Shown in pieces: positions 1 through 15,077 of a stretch of DNA of 64,000 bases. Position numbers and translations under genes: made by a program. The notes under the pieces were generated by a model, which searched no databases, had not been told where the DNA came from, and saw only the letters and a list, made by a program, of their open reading frames with translations. How positions within the stretch are numbered: position 1 is the first letter of the stretch; the number at the start of each line of letters is the position of its first letter. The DNA is from the human T2T-CHM13v2.0 reference genome, Homo sapiens, in the NCBI RefSeq assembly GCF_009914755.1, contig NC_060935.1; one strand, 5' to 3'.

Positions 1-5
1 CTCAC

Positions 6-53
6 TGACACCAGATTCTCCTTGTCTATATTAACTCTCAATTTATGGTTCAC
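6..53 (-). pseudogene. Possible small exon (REJ continuation)
   Basis: Acceptor tttttctctgtaag|, donor |gtgag at 5-1; open VNHKLRVNIDKENLVS, phase 0. Confidence 0.3.
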
Positions 54-694
54 CTTACAGAGAAAAAGTAGCTGCTTTTTCCCATCTATGATGCCATATT
101 TAATAGCACAGACCAACAAAGACCAATACGAGGGCCTCATAGGCTAGATTATCATGTGAAAGCATTTAATGTAGAATTCCTTAATTTGGAAGGTTATGCT
201 CTACTTTCTGTAGTTTTCCCTGACATTCCCTGGACTAGATAGGTATTCCTATTATGAGCTTCTACGCAAGATTGAGATTTCCTATGATCTCCCTCTAATA
301 AGTGATTTTAACTCTTGGTTTAACTGTTGTTCTTCACCATCAGGCTGTATTCTTTGCGGAGGCATGGGGTTTACCTATCTTGTTCTTCATTGTACGCTAA
401 AGAGCTGGCATTTTTCTTGGTTTATAATCATTGCTCAAGCATAGTTGTGAAATACATTAGAAATACAATACTTTTTCTCAAATGATTTCTCAATGATTAG
501 AAATATCATTTCTCACACTTAGGATAATGTTTTAACCCATGTGATTATTTTACAAACACACACACAAGCTTATTACTAGAATGTTTTATGTCTTCCTATG
601 TGCAGGAATATACCTGCACAAGTGCAAAGCCTGATATAGAGAAAGAATATCATTAATAATTTTGAATAAATTAATTGGTTAATAAACTGATCTT

Positions 695-2995
<2,301 letters not shown>

Positions 2996-3660
2996 TCATT
3001 TGTATATTTTAATGAAACTTTATTATCAGTAAAAGCCCCTATGTCATGCAATAGATTTCCATTTTGTTCTTGACTAAAGTTAGAGGTTTCCAGTGGTCAG
3101 AATGACTTTTTTTTTTCATAATTTACATTACATAGTCCATAAAACTTGAAACTATAAAGGTATGAGGTTACTCTACGTCAATGTATTTTAAAGGTGAGTT
3201 TGGGCTTACTTTGTTTCTTGTTAAATGTTTATGGAATATTAGCTTCATACTTAGCATTCTCCTGTTAAAGTAGATACCGTACATGATTTAAAATAAACAT
3301 TTCTACTTAAGTGCCATGTATTAATACTTTTGTTCTTAGTAGTCTTCTATTAAAATGCAAGTATTCTAAGACATCTCCTATATCTTCAAGGGTCATTTCA
3401 CGTTTTGTTTTGCTTTTCCTTCCAAGTGGATTTTATTTTCTCATAGGCCTACGTTAAAAGAAACCAGAGATTCATAACAGGTGTCATAGTTCATAGAGTC
3501 ACATTAAGAAAGCACAGAAAGAATATCCTTCCCTGGTTTAAGAGGCCATTTGTGTAAGTTTCTATTTGTTCAGACATTAAGAACAACCAGGTTATCTTAA
3601 TGTTTTTTAGTTGACCACAGGCACTATGATAAGAATTTATGCTCAGATTATTTTTTTTAC

Positions 3661-3847
3661 CTTGAGCTCCAGATCTTTTATGGCCATTTTTACATACTCC
3701 ATCTGGTTCTGAAATCCAAAACAGCCTTCTATATTTGAACACAGGAATTTGTGTTGAAAGTATTTCCTGCTAAGACCATGTGTGAGACGAAATATCCAGC
3801 CCAAAGATTAGAGTCCATCAGGCCCAGTAGCGTGAGGAATCAACAAC
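3661..3847 (-). pseudogene. Putative exon, REJ continuation
   Basis: Acceptor tttttctaccatttctgtgggtcag|, donor AAG|gtaaaa; GC*F...WAGYFVSHMVLAGNTFNTNSCVQI resembles REJ LxIPxNTL. Confidence 0.55.
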
Positions 3848-4513
3848 CTGACCCACAGAAATGGTAGAAAAATCAAAAGAAGCTGACTTAGCTAAGCTCT
3901 AAAGTAGTTCTGAGAAGTTGCCAAAGGAAATTTATGAAAAATAAATTTCTGTAAATTATTTATGTCTGCTTTCTTCGATATGCCTATGCAGTTTTAACAC
4001 AACACAATACTTCATCACTGAAATCTGTAGCTTCTATACTATTTTAAAGGGTTATCTTAACTCTGCTGGGTTAAAGTAATAAGATACCTTCTGTTAAGCA
4101 AGTTAGATGATCATTCTAGGACCTACAAGTTAAATCTGTCTAACTCAAGGAGTAATTAACCTAAAAAACAGAAAAAGCAAACTTTGAAAAAATGTCCAAA
4201 GTCCTTTGAGGAAACATTCTTTGATTACATGTAGATAACCATGAAGCTCTTCTTGCTAGTTATGTTAAACATAATCTAGTAGTCACCCCCCAAATACCTT
4301 ATTTTGTGCTATGAGATCTGTGATTTGTATTGAAAAAAATAAAGTGTTCGGGGTACAGGGGACCAAAATAGCAGATTCCAGTGAGTGGGATCTGAAACAT
4401 TTCTTTATAACCAACTCTCCTTTTTTTTTTTTTAAGTTATGGTTTAAGCTAGGCAAAGCTAAGCACCTGATGCTTACTAACCAACTAGGAACTGTAGATT
4501 AATATTAGTTTAC

Positions 4514-4713
4514 CTTTCTTTATACTCAAATATTTTGTGTGTTACCACGAACAGTATGTCTGTTTAATACCACATTTATACAATTATCATTCCCAAAATC
4601 CTTAGTAGAAACCCTACACATGTATGCAAAGGTCAGTTCCTGCCAATTATTAAATTTTCCACTGATTCTCTTGAGGCATTCAAAAAGACCATCCACTGGT
4701 TGTATTCTCAAAC
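4514..4713 (-). pseudogene. Putative exon with REJ signature
   Basis: ctttcag| ... AAG|gtaaac; GLRIQPVDG / VFLNASRES / WQELTFAYMCRVSTKDFGNDNC matches the REJ pattern GGxxR...LxLDGSxSxDP...LxFxWxC. Confidence 0.65.
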
Positions 4714-5797
4714 CTGAAAGGCAACATCCAACCTCAAGGAGGCAATAGTAAACTCTTCGAGCAATTCCTACCACTCTGGTGCCATTGCACTGGGCTCCTG
4801 GTTCCTAAAACATCCTCTAAAGGTTTCTTCTGTTATTTATCTTTTACTGTTTTTTCTCTCTCTCCTGTTATTGCATTATTTTCTTCTCCTTTTACCCTTT
4901 TCTGTATTTGCAAACCAGCTTCTTACCCCACCATTCACTTGGTTCATAAAAATGCTTGAGCCCTATAAGTCTTAGTTTATAAAGAGTTTCTTCATTTGCT
5001 TTGGTAAAGTGCCTACTGGCATTTGTTAACTTTTGAGTCTAATTATGTGGCAGTTTACTGGCTTTTATTGAATGTGCTTGGTTAATCTTATTTTAGCTTT
5101 ATTAGGTAGTAAATTTGTTAATTTGGCACAACCTTTTGCTTTCTTGGCTTGGCATCCTGGGTTAATAATTGCTTCCCTATAATCAATGGATTTACTCATT
5201 TACTAATAAATGCCCCTTTAACCTCCTAATTGTAGATCTTCATCTTTATTTAAAAGCCAATTTGGAAAAATGGCTTCCTTGCCTCTTTAAATTTGGACGC
5301 TTAGTAGAAAATGGCATTTCCTTCATCTAATAAGCATTACTGAGTGCGTAGCTTGTTTTTACCATTGTGCTAAGTACTATGGAGGAAACAAGGCAGCCTC
5401 AGACAAAATCTACCTTCAAAGGAAACCTTAAGCTCTCATTCTCAATGCTTCATTGGTGCTATGCCCTGTATCTGAAGTATTTTAGCTCTCTGCGGTGCCT
5501 ACTTTGTCAACCTGGCAGATGTATCTATTCATCCCTCTCCACCTTCAAGGATCAAGTTCATATCTTACCTTTAGTGTTGTGTACCCTCCACCCAGGGAAG
5601 GTCAAATTAATTTTCTCTCATAAACTATATTCCCAAACCATTTTCTAAATACCATTGACCATACTGAATAATAGTTATGCATTAGGTATAGGTCCTCATG
5701 CATCAATCTCTTTCAGTACATAAAATATCTTAACTGCAGAAACTGTGTTTCTGTGAATTTCAGCATTCCCAGGGCTTAGTTCAGAGAAAATACATAC

Positions 5798-7213
5798 CTC
5801 TGTAAGTCAGAATTCCAGAGGCTAAAACTCCAGATTCATAAAATTTACAGTAAAGCTTCCACTACATTGGAGGAAGAAAGGAAGCATGATCATTGGACTT
5901 TAAAGCAGCTCCTGGTGGCACATAGCCCACACTGAATAAATGATGGCTATATTTTAATGATCAGCCAAGTAAGACTGGACCAGGAGGTTAAAAGAGATCT
6001 GGATCCAACACTCTTGGGTACTTTGACCTGAGTTAAGTTAACTTTTCTGGGTGTTAATTTTTTATGAATATCAAAAAAAGGAATAGAATTAATACTTTCT
6101 AAGGGTAACTTGCAGTGAAGAGACCCTCTGATTCCATTATATGGGATTGGTAAGGTATACAAACATCTACATAAAATACAACAAGTCTTAGTAAATGTAA
6201 AAATTTCCTGATGTAGGGAACATACATTAGATAAATTTAGCAAGGAAAGAGTTTGGATCACTTTAGACAAAAAGTCAATCACAGTTATTGTAAAATTATC
6301 TAGATGATCCAAAGTGATGGACTGCAACTATAAACTGCATATGCGACATGAACAGTCATTAACCTTCCTCAAGCAGACAGGTCCCCTAGTGTATTAACAC
6401 TGACATAAGTGATCCTGAAGTGAGCATTTACATCAACTGTTATTCCTAGAACATTCCTAGACAGTCATCGCCAGGTGTGTTGACTTCAAAGTCACTAGAT
6501 ATTACATTGCATCAGACTGAGCAAGAGAAAAAGTAGGTTCATGGTAAGGATATAGAGTGTAATCATCTTTTCTCCATAAGATTTTCCGAAAAAGAAAAAA
6601 AAAATTATAGGCAGATTAATTATCAAAATTGTTCTAATATAAAGTTATAGTTGATGAGAAAAGTAGTGAGAAATGAGTCATAGTGTCTAAAGGAATAGGA
6701 AACCTTTTCTAGATGAACTGGAAGATCAAAATACCTTCGAGAAATTACAGTTACTCAGGCAAATGTGAAAATCAGTATTCTCTTTTGGTAATGTCATAAG
6801 TCCAAATTTTGAGGCCAGAATCTGAATGAAGCTAGAGAAATATTCTGGGAAGACAAATAGCTTTACAATTGTGATTCAGACGAAATCCTAGAAGAAATGA
6901 TGATGGCATTTTGTCTTCATAGCTCAGGCTGGGTCTCCATGAAATGAACGTATGGAAGTTAAATTTTGAAAGAGGCTTTTCCTTCCATGCACTAGCAATT
7001 TATACCTGAAAACACCCATGACCATGGGCTCAGAAGCTGTTCTAAAGATGGTCCAAGAGGTCACTGGGAAATTAAGTCAGCAAGCAGCTAATTGTTCTGT
7101 TCATTATCCAACTAGGAGCACAACAAAACTACAATTCATTTTCTGCAGTCTTTAAAGAAAGCAAGAGTCATGAACTGCCATTATCATAAAACAAAATTAA
7201 ACATGCAGTGCAA
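5798..7213 (-). pseudogene. Large putative exon (or exons): PKD-like module and N-terminal REJ
   Basis: Strong acceptor ctctttttctctttgtttgcag| and donor GAG|gtatgt around 1.4 kb with no recognisable repeat. Fragments CTACLILFYDNGS, YVSVNTLGDLSA*GRLMTVHVAYAVYSC, track ORF 5947..6327, ending NLEF*PLEF*LTE. Confidence 0.55.
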
Positions 7214-7354
7214 CTGCAAACAAAGAGAAAAAGAGATTCTTCAATAGGCCACAAATACCTTTTAGCACTTCCTTTGTTCCTAGTAGGCAAGAATTGGCAG
7301 CACTACTTTGACCACTAACCGACAGAAGTTTGCATAAGAGATTAAAATACTTTT

Positions 7355-7652
7355 GGCCAGGCGCGGTGGCTCACGCTTGTAATCCCAGCTCTTTGGGAGG
7401 CCGAGGCAGGTAGATCATGAGGTCAGGAGATCGAGACCATCCTGGCTAACACGGTGAAACCCTGTCTCCACTAAAAATACAAAAAATTAGCTGGGTGTGG
7501 TGACGGGTGCCTGTAGTCCCAGCTACTTGGGAGGCTGAGGCAGGAGAATGGCATGAACCCAGGAGGCAGAGCTTTCAGTGAGCTGAGATCGCGCCACTGC
7601 ACTCCAACCTGGGCGACAGAGTGAGACTCCATCTCAAAAAAATAAATAAATA
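7355..7652 (+). mobile_element. Alu (AluY/Sc-like)
   Basis: ggccaggcgcggtggctcac... gagatcgagaccatcctggctaacacgg; A-rich tail. Confidence 0.95.
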
Positions 7653-7721
7653 AAATATTTTCTTACTGGGACACCTCAAATAAGAATTAATTTCATATGT
7701 GAAGAGTCTTTCTACTACAAA

Positions 7722-7890
7722 ATGTTTCCCCAATGCGCTACATATCTTAGTCCCTTGAGTACTTTTTTGAAGACACAGATTTCCGGGTCCCACTTCAGAA
7801 CAACTGAATAAAATCTCTGAAACTAGGACCCAGAAATCTGTATGTTTCAATGTTTTCCAGGACTTTGAAGCCAGCAAGTTCAGCACCGGC
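7722..7890. mobile_element. MER5-like hAT DNA transposon
   Basis: cagatttccgggtcccac...ctgaataaaatctctg...cccagaaatctgtatgttt pattern. Confidence 0.6.
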
Positions 7891-8460
7891 TCAGCACCAG
7901 AGCTCTGGTGACTGCTACTGATCTATTACATTAAATATAAAATGCAAAAGAGCTATGGTTGATTAAGACAATGTTCATTTTATTTCCCATCTATATGTGT
8001 GTCCAAACCACCCTACTCTAACATAAAGAATAAGAATGAATTTCTACTAAGTTACAGAAATAAAAAAGTTCATGTAAAATTCTCAAAGATTTGGAGCTCT
8101 GTTTTAGAGAAAATTAAAATTGGAGACACACTGCACATGAGCAAAACAATAAGATGATTGACTAGAGCAAAATATAAAATATAGTCAAAAAATGTAACAA
8201 TTCGCATGAAAAACAGAAGCGAACATAACCAACAAAAAGTAAAATAAAATGCTACAAAGGACACTTTGTCCATAGTTTCACCCTATCATGCCAACTCTTG
8301 TATTGCATCCTTGGATGTCTGCCTTTGTTGGGGTAGAAGAGCAATTAAGTAGGCTGTCTAATAGAATGGTGTTTGAATTGGAAGCATGGATTACTTCTTT
8401 AAATAAATAATACTCTATGCTTATTATGTGCCATGCTCCATGCTGAGTGATGGGTATAGA

Positions 8461-8688
8461 CTAGTGGTTTCAACTAGGAGCAATTTTTTTTCTTTCTGGG
8501 GGCATTTGGGAATGTCTGAAGAACTTTTTGCTTGCCCTAGCTATGGGTAGTGGAGGGTGGGATGCTACTGACATCTAATTGGTAAGATCAGGGATCCTGC
8601 TAAACATCCTACAGTGCAGAAGATGAGCCCATACAGCAAAGACTTACTTGGCCCTAAATGTCAGTAGTGCTAAGGTTGAGAAATCCTG
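8461..8688. mobile_element. MER20 hAT DNA transposon
   Basis: gatgctactgacatctaa...gctaaacatcctacagtgca...aaatgtcagtagtgctaaggttgagaaatcctg. Confidence 0.85.
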
Positions 8689-9034
8689 GTATAGGCTGAA
8701 TAATAAGCAGATATGTTATTTTCCCTTAAGAAATTTATTTAAAATAGATCTTAAATAAACAAAAAAATATAGCAAAATATTGTCAAAAGTGCTTTGAAGA
8801 AAAGAACAGAAATTAGTAGCACAGACAGGTAACACTAGAACTAGTTGTTCATCTCGTCAACAAAAAAGGGACAGAGTCCAACAGATGACAGGTATGCAAA
8901 TTTTTGTTGAATTAATATAACCCTTTCTATTATCCATTAATTATAACAGCCTATAATATGAAGATATGTTTCTTCTAACTCTTTTTAACCACCTTTTTCT
9001 TTGACTGCTATCAGCCTGTGTGAGAGTGGCATAC

Positions 9035-9568
9035 CTAAAATGTCCTTTGAACTTCACCCCAACTCCAGCTTCAGCAGTCATTCCTCTGTCTTGAACCATT
9101 AGGCTGCTATTACAAAATACCATAGACTGGTTAGCTTATAAACAAAATAAATTTGTTTCTCAGCGTTCTGGAGGCTGGGAAGTCTAAGATCAAAGTGCTG
9201 GCAGATTCAGTGTCTGGTGAGGGCCTGCTTTTGGCTTCATAGATGGTGTCATATTGCTGTGTCCTCACATGGTGAAATAGGCTAGCCAGGTGGCTGGGGT
9301 TTCTTTTATAAGGGCGCTAAGGCATCACCTCCAGATACCATCACCTTGGGGGATAAGATTTCAATGTAAGAATGGGGATGAGGGGACAAACATTCAGACA
9401 ACAACACCCCCAATATCTTCCTTGACTTGCTGCTCATGCCTCTCTACAGCACAAATGGGGCTTTGGCCATGTAATGTGGTCTTTTCAGAGTAAAGGTCAG
9501 TGGCTGAGAGTTGGTGAGGGAGATATTCTCTGATGACATTAAGGTGATATATGGCATGTATAATGACA
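9035..9568 (-). pseudogene. Putative exon interrupted by a MaLR LTR
   Basis: Acceptor ctgtctcttctgctag|; open frame VIIHAIYHLNVIREYLP... up to the LTR, resuming as MTAEAGVGVKFKGHF with donor AG|gtatgc; phase-2 joins on both sides fit the neighbouring exons. Confidence 0.4.
9087..9406 (-). mobile_element. MaLR solo LTR (MLT1A/MST type)
   Basis: tgtctt...ggctgctattacaaaataccatagactgg...acattcagac. Confidence 0.85.
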
Positions 9569-9665
9569 CTAGCAGAAGAGACAGTCAATTACATGGCAGA
9601 TGTCTGTGTTCACATAGGGGCCTTTAGCACCTTCATCCAAAGATGACCTTTGGACATCTTCTCAC

Positions 9666-9840
9666 ACTTTTTCTGGGCAGAACACTATCATTTTCCTACA
9701 AATGAACTGCATCTTCACTGTGGGTCTGAACTTTCTGGCTCTGGGGGGTGCAGGTCTCAGCAACCAAAGCCAGTGGTACTCAATTCTGTAACATTGGCTG
9801 GGATTTTTGAAAAAGAAGCATTTTATTTTCATTGTCATTG
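9666..9840 (-). pseudogene. Putative exon, IPT-like
   Basis: Acceptor ttctatgttttcctgtcag|; MKIKCFF / KIPANVTELSTTGFGC; donor GT|gtgaga; lies within track ORF 9662..9961. Confidence 0.5.
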
Positions 9841-10499
9841 CTGACAGGAAAACATAGAAGCCTGGATTTGCTGGTAATTGTCTTTCTAAAAAGAAAGGAG
9901 TGGCTTCCTGAAAATAGGACCATCCAGAGGGAAATAAAGCAGGGCACTGTATCAATGACATTATTTAACTCCCAGCATCCAGCAATGCCTAATGCCAGAT
10001 AACCTGGGTGAATGTGTCAATTTGACTTAAATCATGATATAAGTAAAATTGGACACATGTAGTCTTTAGCTAAGCTCCAATCAAGCTTATAGACAAGTAA
10101 GATATAGTCTTGCCATTTATAATTTCACATTTATTAGGGGAAAAAATGTTGGTTGTGATCATCTACCATGTTTTAGTCGCTATCCCTAGATATTGCATAT
10201 CTTCGTTTTATTGGATACTATGCTTAGTATCTCCCCCGAGGTAACAGAATAAGTAAATGGCCAAACAGAATTCGAACCCAACTATTTCTGATTCTGGAGC
10301 TCTACTTTGCTCTATGTTATGTTGTACTTTTGTAGCTATCATAAAAATATTTAATTGCAATAAGATTAATACATCTCCACTGGTACACAGAAGGGAAAAT
10401 TTAACTCTTATTGTGAAAATGTTTCACAGACCAAGTGTTGAAGGTTAACAGGGTGTAGAGGGGAGGAAATTTGAAAAAGTATCTTTTAAGGAGACTATG

Positions 10500-10735
10500 T
10501 GGTGTTTACTGGCGCTTTGGGCCAGGCATTGTTCTAAGACTTTTACTGTATTAACTCATTTATCTTCTCAGTAACCCTATCAAGTGATCACTCTTATTAT
10601 CAGCATTTTTCAAGATAACATAGGGCATGGAAAGGTGAAGTAATTTACCCCATGAGCCTTTTGCAGGACTAGGATCTGAACTCAGAAAGTCTAGCTCCAG
10701 AGCTCACAGCTTTAACTGCTTCACTCTATTGCCTC
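10500..10735 (-). mobile_element. MIR
   Basis: gggccaggcattgttctaag...ttaactcattta...aggtgaagtaattt core. Confidence 0.7.
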
Positions 10736-12579
10736 CCATATGACTGTTCACAAGTGATAATAAGTGATAGGGTCATCAAACCATGACAAAAAATAAATAT
10801 GATGATTGGATATCAGTTCAATATTTGCTTATATACAAATCCAACTGATTTTTAAATTGCTCACAGATGGCTTATATAAATTTATTTTTCTGAATACTTC
10901 ATTTTGGATTTCTAATTCTACACACTGTAGATTGCACATGTTTTGATAGAATAAGGACAATTATAAGAGTTAATATCACGTAGCTAAAGCTTAATGCTTC
11001 AATAAGGAACAAAGTCAACTCTTTGACAAGGAGTTTCAGTTCTGTCAAATGAAAATGTAAGATAGGGTTTTTCTTAAGTAATATTATATATATATATATA
11101 TGTCTGTGTATACATCATGAGTATATACAAGCATATACATATTTATATATAAATAGATATATACAGATATATACACACAGAGATGTAATTTCCATTACCC
11201 TTTTATATAAATAGACTACATTTGAAAAATGAGAAACAAGTTCTAATGATTTCAGTTGAATATGCTTTTCCTCAAAATATCGCACAGAAATAGTTATACT
11301 GCATATAAAAGCCCTATAGACAAATTCCAATCGAAAGAACTAAAATTTTCACATTTAATTAACTCTGCTATTCCTATAACACAAAAGTTTTACAAATAAA
11401 TAAATAGGTATAAATAAAATAAAATGCAAATTAATGTAATTATAATATTTGGAATTTATTAAGAGAGAGTATTGGGTGCTATAAGTGGCTGTATCACTGT
11501 AAGAAAAAAGGCAAAAAAATATGATGCTTGTTCTGACTAGTTATCTAATAAGCATTAGTAATTAGGATAAGAAACTGCATCAAAATGCAAACTGTGTGTC
11601 TACCTTCCTGCAGCGATTCTACTATGCAGGACTTACATGTAGAAATTTGCTCAAGTACAAAAAGGTATATGTGCATGTATGTTACATGTACATGTGCTGT
11701 TGTAGCACTGCTTTAATAGTACCATATTGGAAAGATTACCAAATTATGTTTCATTTTGATGCTAATTATGTAAATAAACTATGTAAGAAATTTAAATGGC
11801 ATACAATATAGTAAAAATAATGTTACATGTCTGCATACAGGGAATCAGAAAGATATCCACAATATATTCATCACAAGGAAAAAATCAAAGTACAGAATAA
11901 TATGTATTTTTTGAACCTATTTATATAACAATCTACTCATGAATCTAAATGTTTATAGATGGATAGGGCAATAACTGGGAAAGATATGTTAGAAGTGATC
12001 TAGTTTGAATACTAGAATGTTAGGTAATTTTTACATCTCCATACTCCTCTCACATTTGTGCTTACATTGATCATATAATTGAGTATTTTTATTTAGTAAA
12101 TATGATGTAAAACTTCTTTTGAAAGATGCAAAACTTTGATTTTTTTGTGCCTGAAGTGAAATTGTATTGATTTTGATACAGGGAGAAAAGAACAAACGTC
12201 TCTTAAGTAGCTATTCTGTGCTTAGGTACTAGCCCATGATCATTTCATATGCTATCACAGTCAGACTTCACATCAATATTCTGAGAAGTGGAGGATTACA
12301 CCTACATTAAAATGAGGAAATTAATGCTAAGAGAACTCCAGTAAATTAGTCAAGTTCACACAGCTGGTAAGTAGGCAAAGATACCAAAATTCAAACCCAA
12401 GTTACATTCTCTTACCAATATACCACACAGAGAAGGAAATATATAAAACCGAACTAAACCTAATCATAAAGCTGTTTTTTTCTATCACTTGATTTGTTTG
12501 TTTTTTATTTCAGCTTACCAATTATTCTGAAAGACTATGAAGAAATGTATATGGTTACTGTAAGTTAAGATTTTTAAAT

Positions 12580-12840
12580 ATTATATGCAATAATAATAAT
12601 AACCAGCACTTATTAACCAGGTCTTTTTCAGAACACTTATACGTTTTAACTCGTTAATTTTTACAACCAGCTTATGAGTTATGTATTATGTATAATAACT
12701 ATTCGTGCTGCATATTAAGGAAACTGTGGCATAGAGTGGTTAAGTAACCCACCAGGTCACACAGAAAGGAAGTATTAAAGCCAGGATTCCATCCCAAGTA
12801 GTTAAACGTCATAGCCTGCACTCATAACCCTGTGCTCAAT
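12580..12840 (-). mobile_element. MIR (donor of local duplication)
   Basis: aggaaactgtggcatagagtggttaagtaac...ggtcacacag MIR core. Confidence 0.75.
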
Positions 12841-12964
12841 TCATACAACCAGGTAAGTTCTGACCCTTTGGCAGGAGTCATTTTTAAGAGCTATGTGTTT
12901 ATCTCATTATGCTACCATTGTTCAAAATAAGTTTAAAATATCTCTTTAGAAATGACCCTCAGGG

Positions 12965-13104
12965 AGCTGGGTGGCGTGGCAAGTACCTGTAGTCCCAGCT
13001 CCTCTGGAGGCTGAGATGGGAGGACTGCTTGAGGCCAGGAGTCGAAGTCCAGCCTGAGCAAAATAGAGAGACACCATATCTAAAACAAACAAACAAATCA
13101 AAAG
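12965..13104 (+). mobile_element. FLAM-type monomeric Alu
   Basis: Single-arm Alu with 17-bp TSD agaaatgacc(c/t)tcaggg at 12948-12964 and 13105-13121. Confidence 0.85.
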
Positions 13105-13212
13105 AGAAATGACCTTCAGGGTTATTTTACTAGCTGCATAATGTCTCCTGGGTATATACAGGGTCTTTTGTGCAGACTGATGATTTGGAGTTCTTTCTTA
13201 CTTCTCCTTTCC

Positions 13213-13399
13213 ATTATATGCAATAATGATAATAATAACCAGCACTTATTAACCAGGTATTTTTCAGAACACTTATACGTTTTAACTCGTTAATTTTTAC
13301 AACCAGCTTATGAGTTATGTATTATGTATAATAACTATTCATGCTGCATATTAAGGAAACTGTGGCATAGAGTGGTTAAGTAACCCACCAGGTCTCACA
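13213..13399. repeat. Near-identical direct copy of 12580-12763
   Basis: About 185 bp differing by one 3-bp indel and about 3 substitutions. Confidence 0.95.
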
Positions 13400-13588
13400 T
13401 AATATATAAGAGTGAAAGCACCATGGGTAGAGGTAATCTGCTGTTGCTGCTGGCTTTTCACCGCTAGTCCGTGGATGTATGGGCTGAGCAGGGGGGAAGG
13501 AACCTCACATGCAAAGTCAGAAAATAATAGGCCTGAGGTTAGTTCATTTGCCCACTGCCTGCTAGCCTACTGAGTCATCATGTGTGAC
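13399..13588 (-). pseudogene. Putative exon, IPT second half
   Basis: Acceptor ttttcattcttcccag|; LTSGLLFSDFACEVPSPLLSPYIHGLAV...FTLIYY; donor |gtgaga abutting a later duplication. Confidence 0.5.
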
Positions 13589-14009
13589 CTGGGAAGAATG
13601 AAAACTGTAGAATGTCACAAATTGAAGACTACCTATGACCAAGCAGAAAATACCAATTTACATGTGAAAAGATTATCCTCTGTTGACACTTCAAAACAAG
13701 ACAGTAATTGTTCCGCTAAAGACTGTGTGCACTTAGGAGGCATTAGCAGCCATTAATAAGTAACACTCTCCTTGTATTTCTCCTGTACACTGAAATTTCA
13801 CACCAGGAAGCAACACTTAGCTCCTTCAAATAAATTCCCATCTAATTTGGAACTTAGACCAATAAATATTTAGACTGTATATTTTAGGATAAATGTAAAG
13901 AAGATTTTAGGACATACATATTATAATTCTGTGTAATGCTCATATATTAAAGTCACAAAAGGTAAAAAAAAATAATAAAACAATTTTAGATTTCTGAGTT
14001 TAAAAAATG

Positions 14010-14363
14010 TATAAGCCCTACCTTATCAGTGGTTTTACTTTCAGTGATTTCTATTACTTGCAGTAGAGTACAAGATATTTTGAAAGTGACCACATTCTCA
14101 TAACTTGTATTATAGTATATTATTATAATTGTTCTATTTTACATTATTTAATGTTGATCTCTTACCATGCCTAATTTATAATTTATAAATTAAACATTTT
14201 ATAGGTATGTATGGATAGGAAAAAACACTATATATATATTATATATATTTATATATATATATAAATATATATAATATATATATAGGGTTTTCTACTATCT
14301 GTGGTTTCAGACATCCACTGGGCTCTTGGAATAAATGCCCCATTGGTAAGTGGACACCACTGT
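14010..14363. mobile_element. MER44 (Tigger7-derived) DNA transposon with internal (TA)n
   Basis: ccttatcagtggtttt...gaccacattc...tatagggtttt...gacatccactggg...actgta. Confidence 0.8.
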
Positions 14364-14447
14364 ACTCTAAATGAATCATTAAGTCATATTTGATGTTTTC
14401 ATATGACAACAATATTGAAATCTGTAATAAAAATTTTCTATACATAC

Positions 14448-14670
14448 TGATAGCCACAAAAGGACATATCTCCAGAATGAACTCCTATCAGAAAAAGACA
14501 TTCTCAAATGCATTTCCCTTTAGTATTAATCTAGTAAGTACTCATGGTGTCCTGCTGTGCCTAGTGGGCTGGAAGCCAGGGCTGACTTCTCTAGGGGGAG
14601 TGAAAGAAGTATGGGCAATTTTTGACACTCTGTAGATTGGACCATGGGACTCAAAACACCAGAAGCTTGC
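14448..14670 (-). pseudogene. Putative exon, PSI end plus IPT start
   Basis: Acceptor ttttaattttgcatccctag|, donor TCA|gtatgt; FWCFESH / NCPYF / LTRLILKGNAFEN in alternating frames. Confidence 0.55.
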
Positions 14671-15077
14671 CTAGGGATGCAAAATTAAAATGAAGGAAGC
14701 AATTACAGAACTGCAGAAAAAGTATGTAATTAACCTTAGTACTCCTTCTCTCCATTTGACTTATTACCCAAATGGTTAGCCAGATTGAGCTAATGTTATT
14801 TTAACCAGAAATGTTGAATATATCAATCCTATAGCATGACTAAAAATCTATTCTTTTCTTAAAGGCATTACAAATCATTTTCTGATTAATGAATTTTTTA
14901 AAGGGTAATATAAAGGAATTTGCCAAACTCACTACATTCTGATGAACTAACTAGTATAAAAATTATTAGATCAGAGGAAAAAAAAGTCAAATGATTTCAT
15001 TTATCATCTGCTTTATATATAAAGCTTACTTCTTTCTGCATACATATATATGAGTGTGTGTGTGTGTTTGTGTTTAG

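Noticed and set aside
3277-3448. Additional possible minus-strand exon
   Set aside because: Acceptor plausible, but all frames contain stops and no motif fits; insufficient support.
5947-6327. ORF looked leucine-rich-repeat/TLR-like, or like an endogenous viral element
   Set aside because: No regular LxxLxLxxN periodicity and no viral motifs; flanking exons fit a PKD/REJ interpretation better.
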